NCBI GenBank assembly: GCA_965285935.1
Contig: OZ260664.1
Coordinates: forward strand, 4,588,001 to 4,652,000
DNA length: 64,000 nt
Reading direction: 5' to 3'
DNA from: Ophelia neglecta
Lineage: Eukaryota
Shown: positions 9,748 to 21,178 of the stretch, in pieces
Position numbering within the stretch: position 1 is the stretch's first letter
Layout of the letters: each line of letters starts with the position of its first letter
The notes under the pieces: model-generated
Databases searched by the model: none
Told to the model about the DNA's origin: nothing
What the model saw: the letters and a program-made list of their open reading frames with translations, nothing else
Made by a program: the position numbers and the translations under genes

Positions 9748-11240
9748 ATGATAACTATCTATTACAATAGGTCCTAATTCATCAGTAACAATCAGCTGCA
9801 GCCTCACAGACATTCGTCATCAATTCATTGAAAATATGCTTGTACTTTGTTTTAATGTCTATGGCACGACAGCGTTCGGTCACTCGACACATAATGCACT
9901 CATATCCACTCCACTAGGCTCACTCGAGTTTGTAGTCACCCGGTTACATGCAGATCATGAAACTGGTATGTTTATTAAGCGGAACTACAGCTTACTTAAC
10001 AAGTGCCAATTTGCATCCTTACCCCCGGGGAGCTTCACTTATGGAGGCTTTTACTGATTAAAGTATCATCTGTCATGACGTGGGTAGACGTTCCTTTGGT
10101 GAATATTAGAGTATCTGAACTGCGAGCTACAGGTCTATAATTGCATTCTTGTTACCAGATGGTAGAGGCCGCCAATATCTGCCAGAGAGCGATGTTAGAG
10201 ACTGAAATTGGCGACAGGCTACCAGATTATAGAAGATAAAAGTTGGGTCTTTCAAGTTTGGCAAAAATATAAGTTGGTCTCTCTGTTTGAGGTATACTTT
10301 CCTATGTATTTGGCCAAAAAGGTAGGCCAAGGCAGTTTGAGAAAAAAAATAGTGAAACAAAAATTCCTACTTGTGCGTCTCTCATAGCGAGAATTGTTTT
10401 TGGTTTTGACTATAGAATGCGCTATACTGAATGTAGCTTCTCTTTTTTTAAAGCATGATCTCGGTTTAACACACATTTCACTTCCCACAAATGTAAGTGA
10501 ACATTTTGACAGATGCCTGCCTCGGGTGCGGGTTTTAAATCACAGGAATGTGTAGGGCATGTCCTTTTTGATATATGACCTTACATGTTTGAACAATTCT
10601 AAAAATATATCCATATTTAGAGGGGGCCTAGGTTGAGAAATTCCTTACAGGTTATGTTGGCGGGCTGGCAGCGAAATTCGGTCCCGAACATTTCCTGGTG
10701 TACAGTCATGACATTAATCTTTAGATATATTAATAAAGTTGGTATTGAAGAAAACCTCGCTTAGTGAATTAATGCCCCCACATTGTCCCCACAGCACAGC
10801 TGTCAATTGGTTTCATGAATTACTGACCTGGCTTTGCCCCCACAACACATCTGGCACCTCGGCCATGAACCCAGTAAGGTGTCCGCCTTTCACATGTTCT
10901 CATGCATCGAACAATCAGGAAATATTGCGTTAGTGCCACTCAAATATGACAGATGATTTACATAAGATCGATTTATGGAATCACAATTTCAGCACTTTAC
11001 TAGAACCATGCCGCAAAATGTTGTCACGCGATGCAAACAAAATAGTAGACTAAGTGCGATACACATTACTTTTCAATGTTTATGTGCAGAAAACTATATT
11101 AGTTTCAGCACTTGTAACTTTAAAGCCATAATTTGCATAATTGTCTCATAATAATGTTTTGTAACGGTTATATGGTTGGTTTCATGATAAGTTGCTTTGG
11201 AAGCGTTGCGACCATGTTCATTGTACATAGAAACAGAAGT

Positions 11241-11349
11241 TTTCTGGTTTACAGTAGTTTTCCTGCTGTTTGTTCTCTGGTTTACAATAGTTTTCCCGCA
11301 TATTACTGGTTTGTAGTAGTTTTCCCACAGTTTCTCTAGTTTACAGTAG
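11241..11349. repeat. Short degenerate tandem repeat (ctggtttacagtagttttcc core, ~4 copies)
   Basis: Core recurs every ~28-33 nt. Confidence 0.6.
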
Positions 11350-11939
11350 AAGTAAAGCACGGCTTATGTGTGACAACAACCAAAGGGACAGTCTACGCAA
11401 GAGATTAAATACCCAGAGCCCCTTCCATCGCCAGCTAACATAGGCAAACTCCCCAGGTTATACGTTAATGCTTCTACATGCCTGTATGGCATATTTACAA
11501 TAAACTCTCAGGATGGAATTCCTAATCTTTATTTGGAGACATTCAACTTCTGCAGGGGTAGATCAATGTCCATGGCCTACACGTAACATTAATAACAGTG
11601 ACGAATCGATTGGCATGGTCAATAAGGCATAGCGCCACAAAGACTTAATGTGCAACTTAAAACAGACTCTTTTGAAAACAGGCTTTTGATTAAAAGCGGA
11701 GGCGCGTAGCCTTGCGGAGGTAAATCCCGAAATTAGAACAAAGCACTAGACCTATCAAACCTGTCCCTAACCCTTCCCCTAACCCTAAAATTAACCCTCC
11801 GTCCTAACCCTTTCCTTGCTGACGATTATTTGCTTCATGCCACTCAGAAATACTCATGACCTCCGCCTCCTCATAGCCTCCGAACCTCCGCGTTTAATAA
11901 ATAGCCTGAAAACATGTTAAAGATTCTTAATATCTGCTT

Positions 11940-12205
11940 CTTTGATTGTGTCATGAACTCCGAGAATAAAAATCGCAGTAAGTGCAGGTAAACATTCCAT
12001 CTTACCTCTGCAATGGGGCAAAAAAAGGTAAGTAGCTGCTCTGATAGGAAATGAACGCCTCCGCAAGGTAGGAAGAGGTAATTGGTTCCTATGTCAGGCA
12101 ATATCCGTGAATGTCATTTGTTTAAGTCGACTGCCATTTCGAATATAAAGAGACATTTTATATAAGAGGCCCCATTATACCTGTCTAAAGTACAAAAAAC
12201 GGACA
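11940..12205 (+). repeat. Diverged dispersed repeat, paralogous to 19453-19895
   Basis: Colinear shared blocks gaactccgag, tcgcagta, ggggcaaaaa, taagtagc, ttggttcct, tccgtgaatgtcat, tataagaggc, acctgtct, aacggaca. Confidence 0.75.
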
Positions 12206-12489
12206 GGTTAATTCATAGAGACATCCGGGCAAGCAGCACTGACAGCAGCAGGTTACATGTGACATTAAGGCAGATGGCTCAAATTCACATGGGGAATGAT
12301 GCGGTCAATGCAGCGGGCATGGTTGTGATATATAATATTCTGAGACCATTACGTGATGCCTGCAGGTGATATATAACTACAGAGGCCAGCTAGTGTGGCT
12401 TCTGAAAGCAAAAGTTTGTTGTCACCTACGTCTGAAAAGAAAGTCAACCCAATAGTTATGGACTTTAAGTAAGACAAAGCACACCCGTC

Positions 12490-13400
12490 AACTTGAGGAA
12501 CAGGTACAAAGACCTCTGCGTTTGTAGTGACCCACAGTGTTTGCAATTAAGATATGAACCATGTGGCCATGTTGTTAGTGGTAACCTCGACGTCATTACT
12601 AATACCCAACTTCGAACAATTATTTCAAAAGGTCCGAAATACAGGGAACAGAGAAGAATCTCATGGGGAAAAAAATCGCCAAATTGACAAATATGCTTAG
12701 GGTTGGGTTAAGAGGGAGGAGGCGTGCAAGTCATCTCTGTTGGAGTGGCTTGGGACCATAAAAGCAGAGGTAGACCAATGTTTTTACAAATAACGTTACA
12801 AGATTGTCCAACCTCCTGCTCTAGTTCTAGACGATCCACAAGTAAAATCCTACCATTTTTTTAGTTCCAATTGATCAAGTAACAAATAATGTTCCATTAA
12901 TATACAAAACATATTAGTTCACATATTTGTCTGAAGAATAAATGCTTTCCGTTACAAATAAAAAATGCAATTATACCTATGAATTTATTCCATTTCAGGA
13001 AATTATTTCTAATCATCTTACGTTACCTGTAACCAACAAGATTGTAGCTTCTGGTCTAGATCTTCCTAGAATATACTAGCAACGGAAAATGCACAAGAAC
13101 CCATATAATTACCGCTTCTTAGCAGGGTCTAAAAATGCACTACCAAAAATCTTTCGGCACTGATTACGAAAGCATTACGAGCTGCCAAGGTACATTGTAG
13201 TAGCACAGACGTCAACCCTATGTGAATTCTGAAAGAAAGAACGGACATGTCAAAACCTATTACCGGTCTGTTTCCACCAGGGACTTCCCTACCCTGTATA
13301 CTACACTTCCGCATAACGATTTAAACCTATGTCTGAAAGAAGAACTCATAAAAATGCACATTTCTTAAAACAGGACATCTTTGATAAATGTAACAACTAC
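12490..13400 (+). mobile_element. Degenerate Penelope-like retroelement RT (5' part)
   Basis: Frameshifted and stop-interrupted peptides YEPCGHVVSGNLDVITNTQLRTIISKGPKYRE, DLPRIY*QRKMHKNPYNYRFLAGSKKCTTK and DFPTLYTTLPHNDL match invertebrate PLE RT motifs as I recall them. Confidence 0.85.
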
Positions 13401-14185
13401 GCAGTAAAAGAGTGCAATGGCTTTGAGCGATCAATTCCGCTCATCATACTGGTACGTTTTAACTAGTTTATATCTTACTGCACAACAGAGGTGTATTAAT
13501 GCCTTTTCATCTTTAATGTGTAAGGACCTTGTACATCCTTCTCTTGTCTCATGTTTACCGACGTCCCGGTATCCGGCGCTTTGATTTGACTTTGTCTACC
13601 GCGTATCCACTCAGTTCTTTAGGTAATATATGGATTCTTGGAACCTGATACACCGTATGCAAATTTCACGTAAATATTTTAAAATGAGAAATGGGAATAC
13701 AGGTTTCCACTCATTGACTCGGCAGACAAAAAATTATCCGGCGTTCAGACTATCTTTGTTCACTCCGAGTAGCCGGAGAATGTACCATCCGGATTTACAC
13801 TGACACTGTGTAGGTTTGGTTAATAGGGACACACACAGAATGTGCCTACAAACTACAGAACATGATTACTTAAAGAGCCTTTTGTGAATCAGAGAAGTAT
13901 TATACAGAAATATTTATATAAGTGCTGTAATATAGCATATACCTATACCTACGTTTGTTTATTGAATTGTTTAGAGGCATTTGATGCATGGTTTCCTAAC
14001 TGCTGCTAATGTGTCCGGTTTTTTTCCAATTGATTATATTTCAGCCAAATTTATTCGTTTGTTATATTATCTGGAAAATTATGAACAGAAGCACAAGGCC
14101 CTTGTAACAGTTCCTAGATTCACCACAAAAAAATTAATGTCATGCTTAGAGCCAATATGCAGTTGTGTTACAGCCGCGTATTCAC

Positions 14186-14296
14186 TCCTTCCTACGCCTC
14201 TGTATATGTTTTACCAGTACGACATTATGAAGCAATGGTCGGACCTGCTTCACGTAATATCGTACTGGTAAAACATATACAGAGGCGTAGGAAGGA
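14186..14296. repeat. 111-bp palindrome with perfect 37-bp outer arms
   Basis: tccttcctacgcctctgtatatgttttaccagtacga (14186-14222) is the exact reverse complement of 14260-14296; the inner part pairs imperfectly. Confidence 0.95.
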
Positions 14297-14325
14297 AAAT
14301 CAAAGTGAGGGGGCCAACTTTACAT

Positions 14326-14808
14326 CAGCGGCATAAAACTGAGGGGGGGGGCAAAACATATGATGCCCCCCCCCCCCCCAACTTTTATGCTGGTCACACA
14401 ACCCATATCGTCCCAGACCCCCCCCCCCTCTCTCAACCCATTCAGCCCTGGCCTAGTCAATAAGTTCATAGTCAACACTCCTAGGCCATTCCACTCTCCT
14501 AGACCATTCCCATTCCCCAGCTTAAGTCTGGGAACCCCCCCCCCCCCAACACGCACACACCCTTCCCGCCAGCCACACCATCCCAGACACCCCCCCTCAC
14601 CCTTTCCCACAAACCCATACCTCTCAGTATCCCAGGTTAATACTGGGAACCCACCCCCAAGCGCTCCATGCTTTTGCCTTCCCCCTCCCCCCCCCCCCCC
14701 CCAGTACGATATAATTGAGGGGCTGGAAGGCGGTGTCTAAGGGAGGGGCACTGTTTGCGCATATGCACCGGATATTCAGATGAATGAAAGGAGACACTAC
14801 GCCACCAG
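14326..14808. mobile_element. Possible non-autonomous DNA element with poly-C/poly-G interior
   Basis: Ends cagcggcata... and ...tacgccaccag resemble CAGTGGCGTA-type TIRs; interior is C-rich low complexity. Confidence 0.35.
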
Positions 14809-15215
14809 ACTAGATCTGGTCATGCGGTATTTGATAGAAATCATTCTCATACACTTTAACATATAAATTATTAAATTATATTCAGTAATACTAAGTGAGC
14901 TGGAGTTGACTTGGTAGTATTACACTAAATGTCTCGGGAGAGAGCTCGTCCTTAAGCTTCCCTAGCTGTATGTGTTTGATTGAAAACAAGGAGATTGTCA
15001 TCTGCCATTAGAAGGCATACCCCTGCATTGCCTTTACATGCGTAGTCACAATTCTTCAAAAGTAGATGTAAACACTGACATTCATGCATTGTTACATATT
15101 TTTACCCAGCAGGACACGCCTCGACGAACACCAAAAATCCCCTAAAACCTAATCACAAAGATACCTGCGCTGCAGACACACACTATATCACTGGTTTAAA
15201 CAAGTAGAGCACATC

Positions 15216-15375
15216 TGGTCGACTTGTGGGAGATCATTTCGTGATAGACGCCATTCATAGATGTTATGCTGGCATTAACTATCTTAGTTGAATTGTTTTT
15301 TAATGCTTCCGAGCCAGAGATACGGGACTTACATAACAACATATAGGTATTCAGGATTTTCCTGATCTTTGACCC
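15216..15375 (+). repeat. Dispersed repeat, second copy at 28944-29093
   Basis: Shared ggtcgacttgtgggag, catagatgttat, cgagccagagata, ggactta, ctttgaccct. Confidence 0.8.
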
Positions 15376-15398
15376 TGAGTGCACTTAGACAAATCGAA

Positions 15399-16190
15399 AT
15401 GCGTTGCAAAACTTCTTGTTTTGTGTGTATTTGTAGTTTAATAGTTTCTGTATTGACTGGCGTGGCTGCGGTGTTCTACGGAGGCAATTATTTTGGATTA
15501 TGGTTGTTTTCTGTATGTTGGACGATCATGACATTAGCATTATTAATACCCTGGTGTTGTACTTTGGGTACAGAAGGTAAAATGACTAGTCGACACCTAC
15601 AAATGTCTTCACCTCTCAAGGATTCAGGCACGACGTGGACAAAAGATTTCCTCACCACTTCTGCAATAGCTCGATTTCTAACTGTGGAGGAGCTGTGGGG
15701 GAATTTTAACAGATTATCACAAATACGAAGATCGCAAATGCTCATACACTGTCATGACGTTGTGCTATTTTTACTTATTGCCACCTCAGATCCAAGGAAA
15801 CTATTGCCACGGAAGAGTTTACCCTGCGGTCGCCCTACCTTTCACAATTTCCACTTAGATATAGGCCTACCGGAAACCCATATCGGCACACCCTATTTCC
15901 CGATAATACCCATCCTGGACGAGATGGGGTTACGTCTTGCCCATGTTGATGTGATGCGCATAGTACGCACATTATCGGGAACATGTCTCTCGTTAGGTCA
16001 GTCCTGTCGTCAGGCGATAAGGAAGTCATTAAGGCCCAATGTGATATTTGGCAATGAGAAACTACCACTTCCTCTACAGATGAAGAAATATTTATTGTTT
16101 GAGTACACGCTGGACGAACTATTGACCTTAAATGTTCATATGTATGTGGCAATGATTGAGAAGGATCTTATCGATATGATTAGCGCCTAA
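15399..16190 (+). CDS. Intronless SOCS-box protein with two predicted N-terminal transmembrane helices (263 aa)
   Basis: First ATG at 15399. C-terminal LSLGQSCRQAIRKSL...EKLPLPLQMKKYLLF fits BC box plus LPLP Cul5 box. N-terminal hydrophobic stretches. AATAAA at ~16711. Confidence 0.75.
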   Translation: MRCKTSCFVCICSLIVSVLTGVAAVFYGGNYFGLWLFSVCWTIMTLALLIPWCCTLGTEGKMTSRHLQMSSPLKDSGTTWTKDFLTTSAIARFLTVEELWGNFNRLSQIRRSQMLIHCHDVVLFLLIATSDPRKLLPRKSLPCGRPTFHNFHLDIGLPETHIGTPYFPIIPILDEMGLRLAHVDVMRIVRTLSGTCLSLGQSCRQAIRKSLRPNVIFGNEKLPLPLQMKKYLLFEYTLDELLTLNVHMYVAMIEKDLIDMISA

Positions 16191-17795
16191 AACAAAGGCA
16201 TTATTATCATTACTACCAAACACAGGTTTGTAACCATATAACTTAAGTTAGCATATTATGGCCCAGTCCAGTGTAGCTGTGTGGAGTGAACTCATTGGGC
16301 GCCAACGCCCAGCATTCAAGCATACTTATTATGTTGCACTACCAGGCCAATAGCCAATAGAAGATATATATAGTTTATTTTGAATCCGGAATATGAACTG
16401 TTACATGTGACGTTTATACATGATATTTACATTATGGAATTTAAATTGTGAAGTTTTGAGACAGAATTTAAATTAATTTCTAAAACGACACAAAAATCGG
16501 TTATGATGACGACATCTGAGACATGTAGCTAGAATAATCATTTTGTTTACCATTACCATAATATGTTCATGCGAATAATAGCGACCTTATATTTTACATT
16601 CACATGTGGGACGTGCAATGCATCCTTAACATGCATGTATATGAAATCATGCGTCCATAGATGAATACCGATTTCTTTGGGTCTATTGGCAATGTGCCAT
16701 TTTATGTTTTAATAAAGAAGTCTTATAAGTGTGTTTATACATAACGTCGCAACTCCTATGTAAACACGACTAACATTTCGGTGGTAAACAGATGTGTACA
16801 TGGGATTCAATTAGGTGGTATTACATAGAAATTAGCTCCTTAACACTCGAGCGTTCAGATTTAATGTTTGTGATTAATTATTAAAGGGATTTATGACACA
16901 CAGAGTGACAGCCACCCAGATCAACACCTGCCAAACTAAATCAGAAGAAACATTGCGTTTATTTTATTTCCCGTTAAAGTCATTGGTCATACCTAGCGGA
17001 CTTCCATTGGATTTACAGGAGGGAAGGGGGGGTGGGGAAGGCGGGTGTGGCGGTTGGAGTGGGGGTGAGTGGGCAGATTGGGTTGGGAGGTAGGGGCGGG
17101 GGTGGAGTGGGGGGAGCTAATTATTGGCCTTTCTATCAATTTACAGGTATGGATGTGGGTTTATAGATCATGAGTATTGCTTTCGAATGAAGGGGCGCGG
17201 ATACATCAGTGGCCTACCATTTGCATTATAGGGGAGGGGGTGGAATGGATTGGGTTGTGTGTGAATGGGGGGGGGGTCGCAAACCTTGTCAGGGAATCAA
17301 GGAAAATTAAAACAAAGCTATTAAATTGTTTCTTTCAGGTAGCTTAAATTTCTAATGTGTCATTATTCCAGACTTTCTAAATATGCAGAAGGAATTGTTT
17401 CTCAGATGACTAATCAGTCGTTAGAAGTAGCTGGACCCTGACCCTGCTATGTTCAGAAATTTCGAGCATCTTTTCTTAGTTTAGCATTAATATCCCTATA
17501 CAATAAATATGAATATATAATGAGAAGATACCTCTATATTTTTCCAAACATAATGTACATATTTAGGTTAATTTGTAATCGTTTTATCTTTGTATTTTAA
17601 TCATGATTTGTATTCTCCTAACAAACGCTTGTTTTGGTTCTCACTGAGCATTATATTTAAACGTATTTCGTCATTGCTTATTAAAGCAATACAAGCAGTC
17701 AAGGACTATTTGTAAAGCTCTTGTGCTGTATTTATTCGTTACTCAAACCTTTGTTGATTCTAAATAATTAGCAAGGACCTGATAGAAAGCCTAAA

Positions 17796-17945
17796 GCTCA
17801 CTTTTCAAACAGTGAATGTCGAGGTTACTACATATGGAGATCATTCTAATGTGGCAAGGTACATTACTTCCTCGTCGATAACGTTTTTGTCCAAGTGGGT
17901 AGTGAGGTGATTCGCCAAACTATTGGTGTTCAAATGAGGACCGAT
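17796..17945 (+). mobile_element. Penelope-like RT fragment (continuation motif)
   Basis: AHFSNSECRGYYIWRSF*CGKVHYFLVDNVFVQVGSEVIRQTIGVQMRTD resembles the PLE FLLDNIF...QIVGIPMGT motif. Confidence 0.75.
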
Positions 17946-17949
17946 GGAT

Positions 17950-18660
17950 GATGACCGGGGACCCGTGGGCCTGAGGCTGACGGTTGTTGACTGTAGGCAT
18001 GAGGCTGATGGTTGATGACTGTGGGCCTGAGGCTGACGGTTGATGACTGTGGGCCTGAGGCTGACGGTTGATGACTATAGGCCTGTAGGCTGACGGTTGA
18101 TGACTGTAGGCCTGTAGGCTAACGGTGTATGACTGAGGGCCTGTAGGCTGACGGTTGATGACTGTAGGCCTGTAGGCCGACGGTTGATGACTGTAGGCCT
18201 GTAGGCTAACGGTGTATGACTGAGGGCCTGTAGGCTGACGGTTGATGACTGTAGGCCTGTAGGCTGACGGTTGATGACTGTAGGCCTGTAGGCTGACGGT
18301 TGATGATTGTGGGCCTGAGGCTGACGGTTGATGACTGTAGGCCTGTAGGCTAACGGTTGATTACTGTGGGCCTGAGGCTGACGGTTGATGACTGTGGGCC
18401 TGTAGGCTGACGGTTGATGACTGTAGGCCTCTAGGCTGACGGTTAATGACTGTAGGCCTGTAGGCTGACGGTTGATGACTGTAGGCCTGTAGGCTAACGG
18501 TTAATGACTGTAGGCCTGTAGGCTAACGGTTGATTACTGTGGGCCTGAGGCTGACGGTTGATGACTGTGGGCCTGTAGGCTGACGGTTGATGACTGTAGG
18601 CCTGTAGGCTAACGGTTGATGACTGTGGGCCTGAGGCTGACGGTTGATGATCGTGGACTG
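17950..18660. repeat. Minisatellite, 28-29-bp unit GATGACTGTAGGCCTGTAGGCTGACGGTT, ~24 copies
   Basis: Directly visible tandem array with variant units. Confidence 0.98.
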
Positions 18661-19452
18661 CAGCTAGCCCCCATTTTAAATATTTTTGTGTTTGCCATCT
18701 CTGAATTTGATACTACTGTAATTTGGCCTTAAGTAGTAAACAACCATAACTCTAAACGTAATATTTCAATCTATGATCTACTTAAACAATTCCTCCGTAA
18801 GCAGTATCATCGCGCTTGAATATAAGTAGACAACATTAAATTATATTTTTACCTAGCAACCTCAGGAAAACATCCGTTGCCTTGGACAAATCAACTCTTA
18901 CAGCGGGTGCCGTTTTGAAGTTTTGAAATCGCTGCGGCATTTACGTCAATTGGAGTAATGTTAAGGTCCTGATCAGAATATAAATATTACATGCTTCGTT
19001 CGGTGATCAATTGTTGTCCTTGTGTCATGCGAGTTTTGGCCCAATTGACAGCTCATTTCGCCGTTCTACCAGCCTTTATTGTCCAGTGTCTGCTATTTTA
19101 TTGATCGTTCATAATCAATATTCTTCTGTTAATTCATCATGAACCCAATACAAACACATTCATACATAATTTGAATGGTTAATTGCTTAATTGTTAAATA
19201 CAAGTAAAAGTAGACAAACCATAATCATGAACGAAATGTTGCACTTATAATGTCCAAATGTCTATGCCACATGTAAAGTTTATTAGAAAGCGGGCCGATT
19301 GCTTTTCAAATGGCATGGCTAATGTTTTAAAACAAGAGATGAACCCCCCCCCCACCCCCACCCCCACCCCACCCCCCACAAAAAGCAGAAGCAACTTTCA
19401 TAAAGAGTAAACATATATTCCATCACCATCTAACATACGTAAACCTCTCAGG

Positions 19453-19895
19453 CTTTGATTGAACTCCGAGGATGAAAGTCGCAGTACCTGCCAGGAGACA
19501 TTCTATGTTCCCTCTCCACTGGGGCAAAAACAGATAAGTAGCGTATCTGCATGTAATTTACGCTGCTCTAGGTTAAGAACAGGTATTTGGTTCCTGTTTA
19601 TGTCAATTTCCGTGAATGTCATAAACTTAGGATAACGGATGAATCATCAAATTGATGAGTCGACGAACTAACGGCATTGGATGTCGTCAAGTAGTTCACG
19701 CTAACGATTGATAACCCAAGGCTGTATTAATGGTATTTATGTGGACAGTTGGGTGGAAAACACCCGGGAAAGCGGATTTCCTACACACTATAAAAATTTT
19801 GAACCGACTGTAATCTGGAATATACTTCTTTTATGTTTTTCTTGTTATATAAGAGGCACTTCCATCAAACCTGTCTGAAACACAAAGAACGGACA
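19453..19895 (+). repeat. Diverged dispersed repeat, paralogous to 11940-12205
   Basis: Same colinear blocks; this copy has a longer middle. Confidence 0.75.
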
Positions 19896-20981
19896 TTCAT
19901 ATTTCTTATCCATCCTTGAAGGACACTTCAATGAATAACTGCAGATAAATAAATGACACAAAATAACTAAGGCAACATAAAGTTAATGAATTGATTCTTA
20001 GTGTGCTCCTCATCTATTAGAAGCTACCGGTGTTTAAGAAACGGGAGCAGATACCCAGTTAACAAATTAAAAGTGATGATCACATATAATTAGATAAAAA
20101 TGTTGACAGTGCGAAAAAAGATGTTAATTTTTTTTAAGATGAACCAGTAACGCCTGTGTTGTACTGGAATCTTGCATATGCATCATGCGCAGATGGGCCA
20201 TTAAGTAGTAGGTGAAAATAGTTCTTAGCCCTAGAGTGAAGTAAACATATCACTTAAAGCTTTTACAGGCTTTCACAATCTGCATATCTAGGTTTTTTAT
20301 TTAAACTACTTGAATTGTTTAATGAATCAGGAAAGAACATGGCACATGTCTTCACAATGTGATGTTCCCAATATTTGACAAATCCCCAATCGAATTGATT
20401 GGTATGCACCTTTAATTGTTTAAAACGACCAAAATGCGATTCTGCACATTTACACATCCCGGATCACTAACAGAAATTCGTACAAAATGGATTGCACACT
20501 GGATTCATATATGACATTGATTTATTTTGCAAGGTTGTAGAGAGAAACTTTAGTCAACGACCTTTGTTGGCCAAATGATACACAAAGAGCATACCAGACC
20601 TGGGAAGAATTACGTGAGAAATCAGGTGGTCACCCTCATTGTGTCGCAAATAATATTCAATACTATATGGGTGAAATCGATTTCTAACTGTCCATGGTGT
20701 CTCATCTATCGGTGCATTATATACATGGAACAAACCAGTTTCTTTTCAAAGGAAGCTATCTTTTCATAACCTACTTAGCTCTCATGATTGACTACACACA
20801 AAATTAAACTCGTTGGGTTTGACGAAAGAGCTTCTTTTTCTGTATAACTGCTTTCTATTGATGTACATGTACACTAGTATTGATAAAACTAATAACATAT
20901 TACATTCTTGTTAAATTTTAATAGTATTTTATTGAAAATCGTGTTTACAAACGTGCAGTTACAAAAGTATATATAGGTTTA

Positions 20982-21178
20982 CTATCTGACAGTATGACCA
21001 GTAGGTGGATTAGTAGTATGTGGCATACCCCTCAATGTTTTGAGCAGATCGTAAAACCTTTGTTTGATGAAATGATAAAAATCATAGTCAAATTTCAACT
21101 TGGTTTTCATTATTGCTATTGTGGTGTTGGTTGGCGGAGGTTTCTTCTTTGTTTTCAATTTCTGTTTAAAGTCGTCTT
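20982..21178 (-). CDS. Sulfotransferase exon 7 (terminal)
   Basis: atgcag|DDFKQK...FDYDFYHFIKQRF...HTVR*. Confidence 0.9.

Noticed and set aside
11765-11812. Interstitial telomere (ccctaa words)
   Set aside because: Only a few degenerate units; more likely repeat-internal low complexity.
14320-14740. Pro-rich and Gly-rich ORFs (also 53742-54009 and 41816-42160)
   Set aside because: Products of poly-C/G low-complexity tracts.
17950-18660. CRISPR-like array
   Set aside because: Units are contiguous with no unique spacers, there are no cas genes and the context is eukaryotic; it is a minisatellite.
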